64,000 nt of DNA. Source: Candidatus Caldarchaeum sp. Lineage in GTDB: Archaea; Thermoproteota; Nitrososphaeria_A; Caldarchaeales; Caldarchaeaceae. The notes below the pieces were generated by a model, which saw only the letters and a program-made list of their open reading frames with translations, was not told the origin of the DNA and made no database searches. Shown piece by piece: positions 9,724 through 19,193 of this stretch. A program made the position numbers and the translations under genes. Numbering within the stretch: the stretch's first letter is position 1; each line of letters begins with the position of its first letter. The stretch is from NCBI GenBank assembly GCA_038831915.1, contig JAWBKB010000002.1, forward strand, positions 32,001 to 96,000. The letters run 5' to 3'.

Positions 9724-10028
9724 CGCGGAGGGTTTTCAAGCCACGTAAACGCTATTTGGCTGTAAACACGAGCAGGGAAACTTCAGGTGAAGCTTTGGAA
9801 CAAGCGGTTAAACATGTCTTGACAAAACTCTACGGCGTCGACGGTCTCACCAAGTCAGGATATAGACGCATCTACTCGCGAAACCATCACGTCTTCGCTT
9901 GCTACAGCGAATGGGTTCCCAGAATAATCCTCGCGATATCTCTAACACGAGAAATGGACCAAAAGCCTATTGTTTGCAGAACCCTCAGGATTTCTGGAAC
10001 TTTGAAAGCGGTGTCGGGTATTAGATGA
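9720..10028 (+). CDS. rnp2: RNase P protein Pop5/Rpp14
   Basis: RKRYL, LYG, C-terminal ISGTLK. Confidence 0.8.
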   Translation: MTRRVFKPRKRYLAVNTSRETSGEALEQAVKHVLTKLYGVDGLTKSGYRRIYSRNHHVFACYSEWVPRIILAISLTREMDQKPIVCRTLRISGTLKAVSGIR

Positions 10029-10678
10029 CTAAAACAACGGAAATTTTTGTCATATTTGCTGCATTGGGAGATGCAATGACGTCGCTTTATGCGGGGTCGT
10101 TCATCGCTGCGGTGGCTGGTTTTCACAAAGTTTGGTTTCCGTCGTTTCTGCTGTTCGTCTTAGCTGTCGGCCTTTCGACGAGGCCCCTTGTCGAACCCGG
10201 AGTCAAAAGAGTTGAGAGTATTGGAACGGGGCTCTTGATAGCACCGGCTGCGACGGCTGCCGCGTTTCTTGCGGCCACGTTGTCTAGCTATCTCGCGCCT
10301 CCAGGGCCGGACTAGTTGGTCGAATATTTGAAACTCCGGTCTAGGGTTGATTTAGTCAATGCTGTGTTTCTTTCTATGCCTGTTGTTGCGGTTGGTGAAG
10401 AAATAGTGTTTCGCGGCGTTATTCATCGCAGGCTTCGAAAATTTCTTGGAAAAAACGCTGCGATGCTTCTCTCATCGGCTGTCTTCACTGTGGCTCATTT
10501 TGACTTCAGCCGTTTTCTTCCAACTTTCGTCATCGGGCTGTTCACCGCGTATTCCATGGAACGCACCGGTTCTATAGCGCCGCCTCTAATCATCCATGGG
10601 ATTAATAACAGCATGTATTTTGTTTGGTTATTCTTGAGCCCTGCCGCATTTGCTGCAGAAAAGCTCTCCTTCCCGTAA
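10025..10678 (+). pseudogene. CPBP (CAAX/Abi) intramembrane protease interrupted by in-frame TAG at 10313-10315 (pseudogene, readthrough or two genes)
   Basis: ORFs 10025..10315 and 10316..10678 are contiguous in one frame. The second carries EEIVFRG, FTVAH and HGINN; the first is hydrophobic. Confidence 0.65.
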
Positions 10679-11491
10679 CACTGTGCCGCAGAATTTGCAG
10701 TGACCCACAAATTGTTCCGTCAAACGTTTTTTCTCAAACCTTCTTGCTATCAATATTGATGATTCTATAAGGGCGACTAGTGGTAGGAAGAGGACGGCGT
10801 TTCCCACCAGCCATCCGTCAGGTGTGATCAGAGCCACAACAATGTACAGAATGCCGTAAACATACAGCCTGTTGCGAGTGATGAGGCTTGTGCTTATGAC
10901 GCCGAAGCGAACCAACATGACGACGACGGCTGGGGAGGTGAAAACAACGCCGATCAAAAGCACAGTTGTGAAAACGAGTCCGTAGAAATCGATTGCACAG
11001 ACCGTTGGAATCACGCCTGCTAACTCGAAGAAGAACACCATCGCACGGACTATTATCGGAGCGGCGATGAAGTAGCCGAACAAACCACCGACGGCGAAAA
11101 GCGAAACAAACGCCAAAGTAAAACCGTAAATGAGCCTTCTTTCATGAGGGTATAGAGCTGGGTCTACGTAAGCGTAGGTTTCGTAGCCGATGACCGGCAT
11201 GATGGATGCTATTGCGAGAAACGCCGCGGATAAGAATATAATTTCGAGCGGGGAAGTCATGCTGCATCCGATAATCTCTATTTGTGCAGCGCCTATGTCC
11301 TGAACTACTCGCTTTAACACCATCGAAACCATCGGCTCGTAGAATTCGGGGTTTGAAAACGGCGCGGTGATGTCGGCGGGAAATGCGAGCCAGAAAATCA
11401 AGGCGACTATGAATGAAATGATGATAACTTTGACTCGGTCTTTTAGCTCGCGGATGTGTTCGATTAAGGGCATTTCCTTGTCTTTGCTCAA
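10628..11491 (-). CDS. tatC: Twin-arginine translocase TatC with C-terminal zinc ribbon
   Basis: MPLIEHIRELKDR, YVDPALYPHE, ALITPD; tail CKFCG..FCSKCG. Confidence 0.93.
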   Translation of the reverse strand: MSKDKEMPLIEHIRELKDRVKVIIISFIVALIFWLAFPADITAPFSNPEFYEPMVSMVLKRVVQDIGAAQIEIIGCSMTSPLEIIFLSAAFLAIASIMPVIGYETYAYVDPALYPHERRLIYGFTLAFVSLFAVGGLFGYFIAAPIIVRAMVFFFELAGVIPTVCAIDFYGLVFTTVLLIGVVFTSPAVVVMLVRFGVISTSLITRNRLYVYGILYIVVALITPDGWLVGNAVLFLPLVALIESSILIARRFEKKRLTEQFVGHCKFCGTVLREGELFCSKCGRAQE

Positions 11492-11531
11492 CGAGCTGTC
11501 CTACCGTAGACTGGCTGATAATAATTTAACG

Positions 11532-11837
11532 TTAACCAGATTTCTGAGACTTTTCTACTATGGCTCGTGCGATTTCATCCCTTGTCTTTCCTTCGGTAGG
11601 AATATTGAGAGCCTTGGCGACCTCTATTAACTTGTCATCCGGCGCAGATGACCCTGATGGTGGTGCCGGCGTAGCCGCCTTGGCCAAATCCTCTTCAAGA
11701 TTTCGTTGAGCCCTTTCAAACTCTTTCTTAGCTTGTCCTATTGACCTCGCGATTTTCGGCAGTTTATCTGGGCCCCAGAGAAACAGGACTATTATGATTA
11801 TTCCGACGATCACCCATTCGATGCCTTGTATGGCCAT
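11532..11837 (-). CDS. tatA: TatA/E family subunit
   Basis: One TM segment then LWGPDKLPKIARSIGQAKKEF. Confidence 0.93.
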   Translation of the reverse strand: MAIQGIEWVIVGIIIIVLFLWGPDKLPKIARSIGQAKKEFERAQRNLEEDLAKAATPAPPSGSSAPDDKLIEVAKALNIPTEGKTRDEIARAIVEKSQKSG

Positions 11838-11882
11838 GAACGCACCAATACTATACTGTTCGGCTCGCTTTTATAAATGTTG

Positions 11883-12653
11883 CTAATACAACACAGCTCC
11901 ACCATCGACCACTATGGTCTGGCCGTTGACGAAACTGGGCTTTTCAGAGCAGAGAAACGCAACTATTGCAGCAACTTCGGCGGGTCTCCCCCACCGGCCT
12001 AACGGGCTTTCACGGGCCAAAATTTGGTATTCGTGAGGAGTCAACCATTTAACACTTGGCTCGGTTTCGATGCTACCCAACGCAAGAGTATAGGCCCGGA
12101 TGCCGTATCTACCGTATTCCCATGCTATGTGCTTGGTCAGCCCCAGTATGGCGGCTTTCGCAAGTGTATAAGGTAGGCCTTTGTCATATCCAGCTATCGC
12201 TGGTGTTGAGCTGAAGTTCACGAAAACACCGTATCCATGCTTTTTCATCACCTTTACAGTATGTTTTACCATTAAGAAGGAACCGATTAAATCGACTTTT
12301 ATCACCGAAATAATTTCATCGACGGTGATGTCGGCGATACTTTTGTTCCATAATTTGGGCTCAAGAACATGGCCTGCGACGTTGACTACTGCGTCGATTC
12401 TGTCAAATACCTCTTGAGTTTTGGAAACGAAGTTTATGACGGATTTTTCATCTGATACGTCGAGAAAGTCAGCGTAGATGCGGTCGGCTGCAAAATGTTT
12501 TTTCCAATTAGCGGCATACTCTTCTAATATATGGGTTCTGCGAGCTCCTGCTGCAACGTATGCGCCTTCCTTGAGAAATTCTTCCACGACCGCCTTGCCG
12601 ATTTCTCCAGAGGAACCGGTAACAATGGCTCTTTTTCCCTCTAATATTCCCAT
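11883..12653 (-). CDS. SDR family oxidoreductase
   Basis: TGSSGEIG, YTLAK, VNGQTIVVDGG. Confidence 0.92.
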   Translation of the reverse strand: MGILEGKRAIVTGSSGEIGKAVVEEFLKEGAYVAAGARRTHILEEYAANWKKHFAADRIYADFLDVSDEKSVINFVSKTQEVFDRIDAVVNVAGHVLEPKLWNKSIADITVDEIISVIKVDLIGSFLMVKHTVKVMKKHGYGVFVNFSSTPAIAGYDKGLPYTLAKAAILGLTKHIAWEYGRYGIRAYTLALGSIETEPSVKWLTPHEYQILARESPLGRWGRPAEVAAIVAFLCSEKPSFVNGQTIVVDGGAVLY

Positions 12654-12706
12654 GATGTGCAGAGGCTGTTGCACACTTATATACGCGGCCTTGATAAAAG
12701 ATTCGG

Positions 12707-13189
12707 ATGTCGAAGGAATTCAAGCTGATCGTCCGGGTGCTGAACACCGACGTCGACGGAACACTCCACATTCCATACGCATTAGCAAAGGTAAAAGGCA
12801 TTGGAGTCAACCTTGGATACGCAATAGCGCGTGTCGCAGGCCTCAATCCTCAGACACGGATTGGAACCTTAACCGAAAAACAGTTAGAAAAAATCGAGCA
12901 AATCGCCCGAAACCCTGCTAAACATGGAATACCCCAATGGATGTTGAACAGAAGGTTCGACCCGGTTTCCGGAGAAAACCGCCACCTAATCGGCGCCGAC
13001 CTAGAACTAGCTATCAAAGAAGACATTCAGACGATGATGAGGACGAAAAGCTGGAAAGGAATTCGTCACTCTCTCGGGTTGAAAGTGCGAGGACAGAGAA
13101 CTAGGACGACAGGAAGAACAGGCATGACAGTAGGTGTTTCGAGAAAAGCCGCAGCAGCCGGAGGTCAAAAACCCGAAGAATCCAAATAA
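12707..13189 (+). CDS. rps13: 30S ribosomal protein uS13
   Basis: KVKGIG, IPQWMLNRR, WKGIRHSLGLKVRGQRTRTTGR. Confidence 0.97.
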   Translation: MSKEFKLIVRVLNTDVDGTLHIPYALAKVKGIGVNLGYAIARVAGLNPQTRIGTLTEKQLEKIEQIARNPAKHGIPQWMLNRRFDPVSGENRHLIGADLELAIKEDIQTMMRTKSWKGIRHSLGLKVRGQRTRTTGRTGMTVGVSRKAAAAGGQKPEESK

Positions 13190-13199
13190 TCTGCACTTT

Positions 13200-14312
13200 T
13201 TAGAACATTTTCCGCACCATCGAAACGCCTTCCACTAGGTTGAGTTGTTTGCTGTGAGCTACTCGCCAGCTTCTTGTTCTGAGACCGCAGTCGTTGCAGG
13301 CGACGATTTTCCCCGGGTCATCCATGACTTTGACGGCGTAGAGAAGCCTATCCCGGACGAGCTCCGGAGATTCGATAAAATCTGTGTGAACATCAATCAG
13401 CCCCGGCGCTATCTTGAACTTACAACTATAATCTCTGAACACCTTCAGGATTTCGAATCCTTTTCTCTTCTCAGGCTCAATTCCCAGCATCTGAGTGTCA
13501 GCGTTCGAACAAGATATGGAAAGAACATCCGCCTTTAGTTCGAGCAACGCGGGAAACAGCGCCTTGTAGTTTGTGTAACAGATGTGAACCGCGACTTTGG
13601 ACGACAAGCCTTTAACGGCTCTGTTCACACTTTGGACCACTAATTCAGATTCATGCGGTTTCGCGGCGGCTGCCGGCTCGTCAAGTTGGATGTATTCAAC
13701 CCCTTCCCGATTCAACTCAGTCAGAACAGGTTTTATGATTTCGTCAACAACGTCGAAAACGAAATCTCGTTTCGCGTTGACGGATTTCTGCAACAAGTCT
13801 TCACCAGCGGCATTTGCTATGTAGTATTCGTCGAACGACCAATCAGCGATTGTATAGGCAGAGGTGACCGGTATTTTCAAAGGTTTACGGGTGTGTTGTT
13901 TGTTGAAGAGGAGTTCATCTAAATGGTATGGTTGCTTTAGCCTAGGCTTTTTTACGACAGCGGCTTTCCTGTAAAATTCGTTGTCCCAAACTCTGACCAC
14001 TCCTCGAAATTCAAAGCCTTCAATATATTGAAGCGGATGTTCGTACATTTCGATTCTTCGCTGCTCGCCATCGTAAATGACGTCAAGACCTGCTGATTCG
14101 AAAAATCTTAGTCCGTAAAAACAGGCCCAGTCAATAATCTCACGGTCGTCAGGGCCCTTTTCCTTTAATAGATGCACCAGCTTCTCGTAGTTGTCGACGC
14201 CTAGCCTTCGACCCCATTCAACAGCCTCGTGAACTGCTCTCTCTCTATCCTTGACCCGGAAAGGGGCTTTGTTCAAACTGCCGACTTCGATTACTGGAAA
14301 AAGCTTATCCAA
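13200..14312 (-). CDS. metE: Cobalamin-independent methionine synthase, catalytic half (split MetE)
   Basis: EVGSL, DGEQRR, IQLDEPA, HICY, DVH, DCGL. Confidence 0.85.
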   Translation of the reverse strand: MDKLFPVIEVGSLNKAPFRVKDRERAVHEAVEWGRRLGVDNYEKLVHLLKEKGPDDREIIDWACFYGLRFFESAGLDVIYDGEQRRIEMYEHPLQYIEGFEFRGVVRVWDNEFYRKAAVVKKPRLKQPYHLDELLFNKQHTRKPLKIPVTSAYTIADWSFDEYYIANAAGEDLLQKSVNAKRDFVFDVVDEIIKPVLTELNREGVEYIQLDEPAAAAKPHESELVVQSVNRAVKGLSSKVAVHICYTNYKALFPALLELKADVLSISCSNADTQMLGIEPEKRKGFEILKVFRDYSCKFKIAPGLIDVHTDFIESPELVRDRLLYAVKVMDDPGKIVACNDCGLRTRSWRVAHSKQLNLVEGVSMVRKMF

Positions 14313-15252
14313 CCCCAGTCACTTGCGCGTAAACTTCTCCGATTAAATTAACTTTCATGACAGCGTATGGGTAAGGCAAATGCTCGAGCTCGCAGTTCGG
14401 ACCAAAATGTATCTCAGAAGGTCTCGCTATCTTTTCGACCTTAGTGATAATCGATATGATGTGTTCTGGTTTTTCGAGTAATGTGTTGCGACCGTCTACG
14501 ACTCCCAAGTATATGGCTTTTCTGCCGTCTATAGCTTTGATAGAGTCGACGGAAATTTTGTACATGTCGAACCCTATAACGTCGACGGGCAGCTCAATGA
14601 CATCCTCGATGATGCTCGAACCCGAGCCATATGGAAAATGAAGAAGCAATTCTCCCGCCGCTTTTGTCCTAAAGCTTGCGATAGCTTGGCTGAAGACCTG
14701 CACATCCTTTTCCGAAGCTTTATGAAACACAAGATTGGGGGCTGTTAACTGTATTTGTTCAAAGGTTCCCAACTCGTTGACGAACGCAGCTAAAGAGTCT
14801 GAGACATCGAAAACCAGCTCTTCGAAGCTTCGGTAAAATTGGTTCTCGCTTAGGGCGGCGAACGAAAAGGGGTCTGGTAGAATAATTTTCCTTTTACCTC
14901 GTGGAATCATATGGGTGAAGTCAAATGATTTGTCAAAACCTCCTCGGAGACGTAACTCTCCTTTTATGACTGGTATTTTGTAAAAGAAGTTGTTGTCAAA
15001 CCATCGGGCCAGTCCGTTGATTTCGACTTTTTCCAGTGATGAGGCGAATGGCCTCAATAAATCGTCCCATGTCAACATTCCATCCACTATGTATGACAGC
15101 TTATTCTTGTGTTGAATTTCAACCACTTCTCGTGTGTGCAGTTCTATTTGATACCTGAGATGTTGCGTGGAAATTTTGTTTTTAGCGTGGTCCCGGAAGG
15201 CTTTTATCAATTCCTCATGTCGGGGAAACGACCCAGCTAGATACGCCTTCAT
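14305..15252 (-). CDS. MetE N-terminal-like (folate-binding) half of split MetE
   Basis: GSFPR, DGMLTWDDL, RWFDNNFFYK, GVVDGRN; overlaps the catalytic half. Confidence 0.8.
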   Translation of the reverse strand: MKAYLAGSFPRHEELIKAFRDHAKNKISTQHLRYQIELHTREVVEIQHKNKLSYIVDGMLTWDDLLRPFASSLEKVEINGLARWFDNNFFYKIPVIKGELRLRGGFDKSFDFTHMIPRGKRKIILPDPFSFAALSENQFYRSFEELVFDVSDSLAAFVNELGTFEQIQLTAPNLVFHKASEKDVQVFSQAIASFRTKAAGELLLHFPYGSGSSIIEDVIELPVDVIGFDMYKISVDSIKAIDGRKAIYLGVVDGRNTLLEKPEHIISIITKVEKIARPSEIHFGPNCELEHLPYPYAVMKVNLIGEVYAQVTGVG

Positions 15253-15253
15253 C

Positions 15254-16258
15254 CTACATCCTTCTTTCTGAGCTGTGGCCTGGGAAGTAACCCGACTTCG
15301 GGTCGATGTAGTTTTTCGCGACGTTCACGGCTATCGCTGCTTGAGCGAACCCAACACACAGAAGAGCGAGCTTAACTGAATCACTTTGATGTGCTATGTC
15401 GCCCGCCGCATATACTCCCGGGATGTTTGTTTCGCATTTTCCGTTGATTTTTATAGCGTTGCCCTCCATTTCGACCCCCCATCTTTTAAACAACGCAACA
15501 TCCACGATATGGCCGAGCTGCAGGATTAAGGCGTCGACTGCAAGCGTCATCTCCTCATTTGTTTTATTATTGAAAACTGTTACGCGTTCAAGCTTCTCAT
15601 CCCCCTCTGCCGATTTCACTTCATAGGGAACCAAAACCTTAACGGGAGAATGAAATAACTCAATCACGCTACCCTCATGAGCTCTGAAATCCGTCCGTCG
15701 ATGAACCAGATAAACTTCTTTCGCTATGTCTTTCAGGTTTAAGGCCCAGTCCACCGCAGAATCACCACCACCTACAATCACGATACGCTTGTTTCTAAAT
15801 ATCCACCTATCCTTCACGGTGTAATACACACCCTTGTTTTCAAACCGCTCGACAGACGGGTTGCCGAGCTTCCTCGGCGTAAACGCGCCGTGACCCGCCG
15901 CGATCAACACCGTCTTCGAAAAATGAACTCCTTTGTCGGTTGTCAGCTCTATTATGCCTCCGTCGAGCCGAGTTAAGTTCAACACTTTTTCAGAATAGAG
16001 GAAAGTTGGATTGTATGCCGCGGCTTGCTCGTAGAGGTATTTCGCAAGGTCTTTGGCGAGAACTTTGGGGTATCCGGGTACGTCGTAGATGAATTTGTCT
16101 GGATAAAGTGTGGTTAGCTGACCGCCGTAGGTGTCCAAAGCTTCGATGACCTTTGTCCTCATGCCACGCATTCCGGCAGCATAAAAGGCGGCGAACAAGC
16201 CGGTCGGCCCCGCCCCGATAATCGTAATGTCGTAGACGTCGAAAGGTTTGGTTTCCAC
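15254..16258 (-). CDS. Ferredoxin-NADP+ reductase (TrxB-like, no CxxC)
   Basis: GAGPTG, GGQLTTLYPDKFIYDVPG, GGGDSAVDWA, HRR, C-terminal GHS. Confidence 0.88.
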   Translation of the reverse strand: METKPFDVYDITIIGAGPTGLFAAFYAAGMRGMRTKVIEALDTYGGQLTTLYPDKFIYDVPGYPKVLAKDLAKYLYEQAAAYNPTFLYSEKVLNLTRLDGGIIELTTDKGVHFSKTVLIAAGHGAFTPRKLGNPSVERFENKGVYYTVKDRWIFRNKRIVIVGGGDSAVDWALNLKDIAKEVYLVHRRTDFRAHEGSVIELFHSPVKVLVPYEVKSAEGDEKLERVTVFNNKTNEEMTLAVDALILQLGHIVDVALFKRWGVEMEGNAIKINGKCETNIPGVYAAGDIAHQSDSVKLALLCVGFAQAAIAVNVAKNYIDPKSGYFPGHSSERRM

Positions 16259-16297
16259 GTTTTGGTTTTTGCGAAGGCAATCTATATAGTTGCAGTG

Positions 16298-17275
16298 TCA
16301 AACCACTTTAAATGGCAGGCTAAGCTCCGCTATGTCCGAGAAGTCTTCGCATACACGGCCAAAATGAAGATACAGCTTGAAAAGAAAGGCTGAATTTTCT
16401 TTTCCCGAAATCTTCTTCAACAGAGATTCACTGCGGCGCAGAAATTCTTTACGCATAGCTGTGACATTATTGATTTTTTCAAGGTCTCGGCTGAAAAAGG
16501 CATCTAACGGGCTCGAACCCATCGACGTCACTATATTCGCCAAGTGTTTGAAGTCGCTGATTATATCTTCACTGGGCATTTTTGTTGTTCGGAGAATCTC
16601 TTTGCCTATTTCAGCGGCTTGGTCGCCTGCGTCTTCGATGAACTTTGCGGCTACTCTGTAGTCGAGAACCAGAAGAGGCGTAACATTCATTTTTTTCGCT
16701 AAGGCGGGGTCTATCACGGCAGAACGCAAAACTCTCACCAGCGTGAAGTAGAGACGGTCGACCTCTTCGTCTCTTTGAACGACAATCCGTGCCAGAGAGG
16801 TGTTGCCCTTTTCGAAAGCCTCCACAACGGTTTCAACCATGCCCAAAACTAGGTTGTGCTGCCGCCGCAACAACTTCTCCGGAGCGACCAGCTCTTGGTC
16901 GAGCACAACCTGAACCTCAATCTTTTCGCTGGTCTCTTCTACGATTTCTGCTCCAGCCAAGGACCGTATGCTTTTTCTTATTTCTGCGAATTGTGTGTCG
17001 GTGATAGGTGACTTTGAAACAATCCTGATTACGCTATATCCGTATAGATAGGCTCCAAGGATTAGCTGGTTTACACTATCGGTGAGCGGTATCTCAACCT
17101 CCGAAACTTGTTTTTCCCCTGTCTTTTCGGGATAAAGGAAGATTCCCCCATCTTCAGTGGGTTTCAGAACAATCACCGAGCCTTTTTTCAAACCCATCCT
17201 CTCAATCCATTCTTTGGGAAGTGTAACTGAATAGGAGCTTCCACCTGTCAGTTGAAGGTTTCGCCTTATTTCCAC
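16298..17275 (-). CDS. AbrB-PhoU phosphate uptake regulator
   Basis: RNLQLTGGSSYSVTLPKEW (AbrB-like) plus PhoU repeats (DEEVDRLY, IEDAGD). Confidence 0.9.
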   Translation of the reverse strand: MEIRRNLQLTGGSSYSVTLPKEWIERMGLKKGSVIVLKPTEDGGIFLYPEKTGEKQVSEVEIPLTDSVNQLILGAYLYGYSVIRIVSKSPITDTQFAEIRKSIRSLAGAEIVEETSEKIEVQVVLDQELVAPEKLLRRQHNLVLGMVETVVEAFEKGNTSLARIVVQRDEEVDRLYFTLVRVLRSAVIDPALAKKMNVTPLLVLDYRVAAKFIEDAGDQAAEIGKEILRTTKMPSEDIISDFKHLANIVTSMGSSPLDAFFSRDLEKINNVTAMRKEFLRRSESLLKKISGKENSAFLFKLYLHFGRVCEDFSDIAELSLPFKVV

Positions 17276-17321
17276 GATTAAAACTAAGCAAGACTTGGTG
17301 TTAACCCTTCAGCAAGATACC

Positions 17322-17328
17322 TTTATAA
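17322..17328 (+). promoter_or_regulatory. TATA box of the rpl22-secY operon
   Basis: TTTATAA about 36 nt upstream of the rpl22 ATG in a divergent intergenic region. Confidence 0.55.
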
Positions 17329-17363
17329 CTTGACAAATCCAAAAATGACATTTAGACCCTAAA

Positions 17364-17822
17364 ATGCCTCTATGGCGTTATTCCACGACGATTGGTGAAA
17401 AAGAGACGGAGGTCAGGGCGAGCCTCCGCGAGGTCGACATCTCTCCTAAATGGGCGAGAGAAGTCTGCGAAGCCATAAAAGGACTGACCATTCCAGAAGC
17501 GAAGAAGCTTCTCGAAGACGTTGTGAAACAGAAGCGGATGATAAGATACGCGAGGTATAAGAAAAAACGTGCCCATCATGGTGAGACAAAGGGCCCAGGA
17601 GGTTATCCGGTCAAAGTTTCAAGATACATGCTGAAGCTTATTGAAAGCTTGGAGGCTAATGCCGAATTCAAAGGCTTAGACCCCGAAAAAACAAAGATTG
17701 TGCACGCGGTTTCCCACAAAGGCAGAGTTGCGCCGAAATACATCGAAAGAGCTTTCGGCCGTTCCAGCCCATACAATAAAACATACGTTCACGTCGAAGT
17801 CGCGGCGGTGAGCAGCTCATGA
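17364..17822 (+). CDS. rpl22: 50S ribosomal protein uL22
   Basis: ISPKWAREVC, YPVK, NAEFKGLD, RAFGRSSP. Confidence 0.96.
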   Translation: MPLWRYSTTIGEKETEVRASLREVDISPKWAREVCEAIKGLTIPEAKKLLEDVVKQKRMIRYARYKKKRAHHGETKGPGGYPVKVSRYMLKLIESLEANAEFKGLDPEKTKIVHAVSHKGRVAPKYIERAFGRSSPYNKTYVHVEVAAVSSS

Positions 17823-18445
17823 CTCTCGTAAAACAGATTTTAACAACACGCATCAAAAAATCCGACATAGAAGAATATTTGCGTGAAAAACTGAAGAATG
17901 CCTTGTTTGGAGGTGTCAACATCAGCTTTACTCCGCTGGGAACACGTGTCACAATTTACGCTATGAGGCCGAGCCGAGTCATCGGGCCGAAAGGCAAAGT
18001 CATCAAAGAAATCACGGAAGATTTAGAGAAGAAATTCGGAGTTGAAAACCCCGTAGTAACAGTCGTAGAAGTTGAAGTTCCCGAGCTAAACCCATACGTC
18101 ATGGCTGAAAGAATAGCACAAGACCTCGCCCGCGGCGTAAGATACCGTCGGGTGGGTTTCTGGGCTGTCCGCAGGATCATGGAAGCAGGTGCAAAAGGCG
18201 TCGAAGTTCACATCAGCGGGAAACTAACTTCTGCAAGGGCAAGAACCGAAAAATTCAGCGAGGGCTTCATGCCCAAATCAGGCGAGCTGGCGATGAAATA
18301 CGTTCTCGAAGGCAAGTCGTCGGTTCTTCTCAAAACCGGTCTTTTTGGTGTCAGGGTTCTAATCTATCCACCCGACGCTCCGCTTCCAGAGGAAATCAAG
18401 GTTAAGGTGAAGCAAAATGAAAGCGAAGGAGTTAAGGGAGCTTAG
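17819..18445 (+). CDS. rps3: 30S ribosomal protein uS3
   Basis: TPLGTRVTI, VIGPKG, GAKGVEVHISGKL. Confidence 0.97.
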   Translation: MTLVKQILTTRIKKSDIEEYLREKLKNALFGGVNISFTPLGTRVTIYAMRPSRVIGPKGKVIKEITEDLEKKFGVENPVVTVVEVEVPELNPYVMAERIAQDLARGVRYRRVGFWAVRRIMEAGAKGVEVHISGKLTSARARTEKFSEGFMPKSGELAMKYVLEGKSSVLLKTGLFGVRVLIYPPDAPLPEEIKVKVKQNESEGVKGA

Positions 18446-18617
18446 CGACCGAGAGCTTCTTGAGAAAATAGCTGAGCTCAAGAGCGAGCTCCGAAAAGTG
18501 GTAACCGAGATAGGAACGGGCGGTGCGGTTCAAAACCCGATGAGGAAGAAAGAGCTTCGCAAATCAATAGCCCGAGCTTACACGATTTTAACTGAAAGGA
18601 GGTTGAAAAAGAAATGA
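18417..18617 (+). CDS. rpl29: 50S ribosomal protein uL29
   Basis: KAKELRELS, NP..ELRKSIARAYT. Confidence 0.95.
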   Translation: MKAKELRELSDRELLEKIAELKSELRKVVTEIGTGGAVQNPMRKKELRKSIARAYTILTERRLKKK

Positions 18618-18862
18618 GCAAACCTTGGTCATTGTTTCTGCTCGGTAGGAGAGTAGTCGCCCGGTTCTGCAACCATGACTTCGAAGGATTGGTTGTCGGC
18701 GAAACCAAAAACACCGTCGTCATCCAAACTAAAGTTGGAGAGAAAAGAATTCCAAAGGCCGTTGCGGAATTCCGCGTCCAAACTGATGGTGAAGTTAAAA
18801 TCGAAGGGAGGCGACTGGTGGGAAGGCCTTTGGAAAGATTACTTCGAGGTGTTCGGAGATGA
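18614..18862 (+). CDS. rnp1: RNase P protein Rpp29/Pop4
   Basis: EGLVVGETKNT, IPKA, GRRLVGRPLERL; canonical position. Confidence 0.9.
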   Translation: MSKPWSLFLLGRRVVARFCNHDFEGLVVGETKNTVVIQTKVGEKRIPKAVAEFRVQTDGEVKIEGRRLVGRPLERLLRGVRR

Positions 18863-19188
18863 GCGAAGTCAGAAATATCGGAGTTCCGGTCAAACCGCCG
18901 GCGAACAAATGCGAGGACAAGGACTGCCCGTTCCATGGTAAGCTTTCGGTCAGAGGTATTACGCTCACCGGCGTTGTGTTCAAGAAAAAGATGAACAAAA
19001 ACGTCGTCGTTGAAAGAGAACACACAGTTTACATCAAGAAGTTTAAACGGTATTTGCGTAGACGTTCGAGGATTTCAGCTCATCTCCCTCCCTGTCTTAA
19101 CGTGGAGGTCGGAGACAGGGTGAAGCTGATGGAATGCAGGCCTTTGAGCAAAACTGTATCCTTCGTAGTTATTGAAAAGATAGGGTGA
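18859..19188 (+). CDS. rps17: 30S ribosomal protein uS17
   Basis: CPFHGKLSVRG, AHLPPC, ECRPLSKT. Confidence 0.97.
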   Translation: MSEVRNIGVPVKPPANKCEDKDCPFHGKLSVRGITLTGVVFKKKMNKNVVVEREHTVYIKKFKRYLRRRSRISAHLPPCLNVEVGDRVKLMECRPLSKTVSFVVIEKIG

Positions 19189-19193
19189 ACAGG

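Noticed and set aside
10304-10342. Possible BHB intron or pyrrolysine codon at the CPBP TAG
   Set aside because: No 4-bp central helix with two 3-nt bulges that would excise the stop; no pyl genes in the window, and TAG is an ordinary stop for many genes here.
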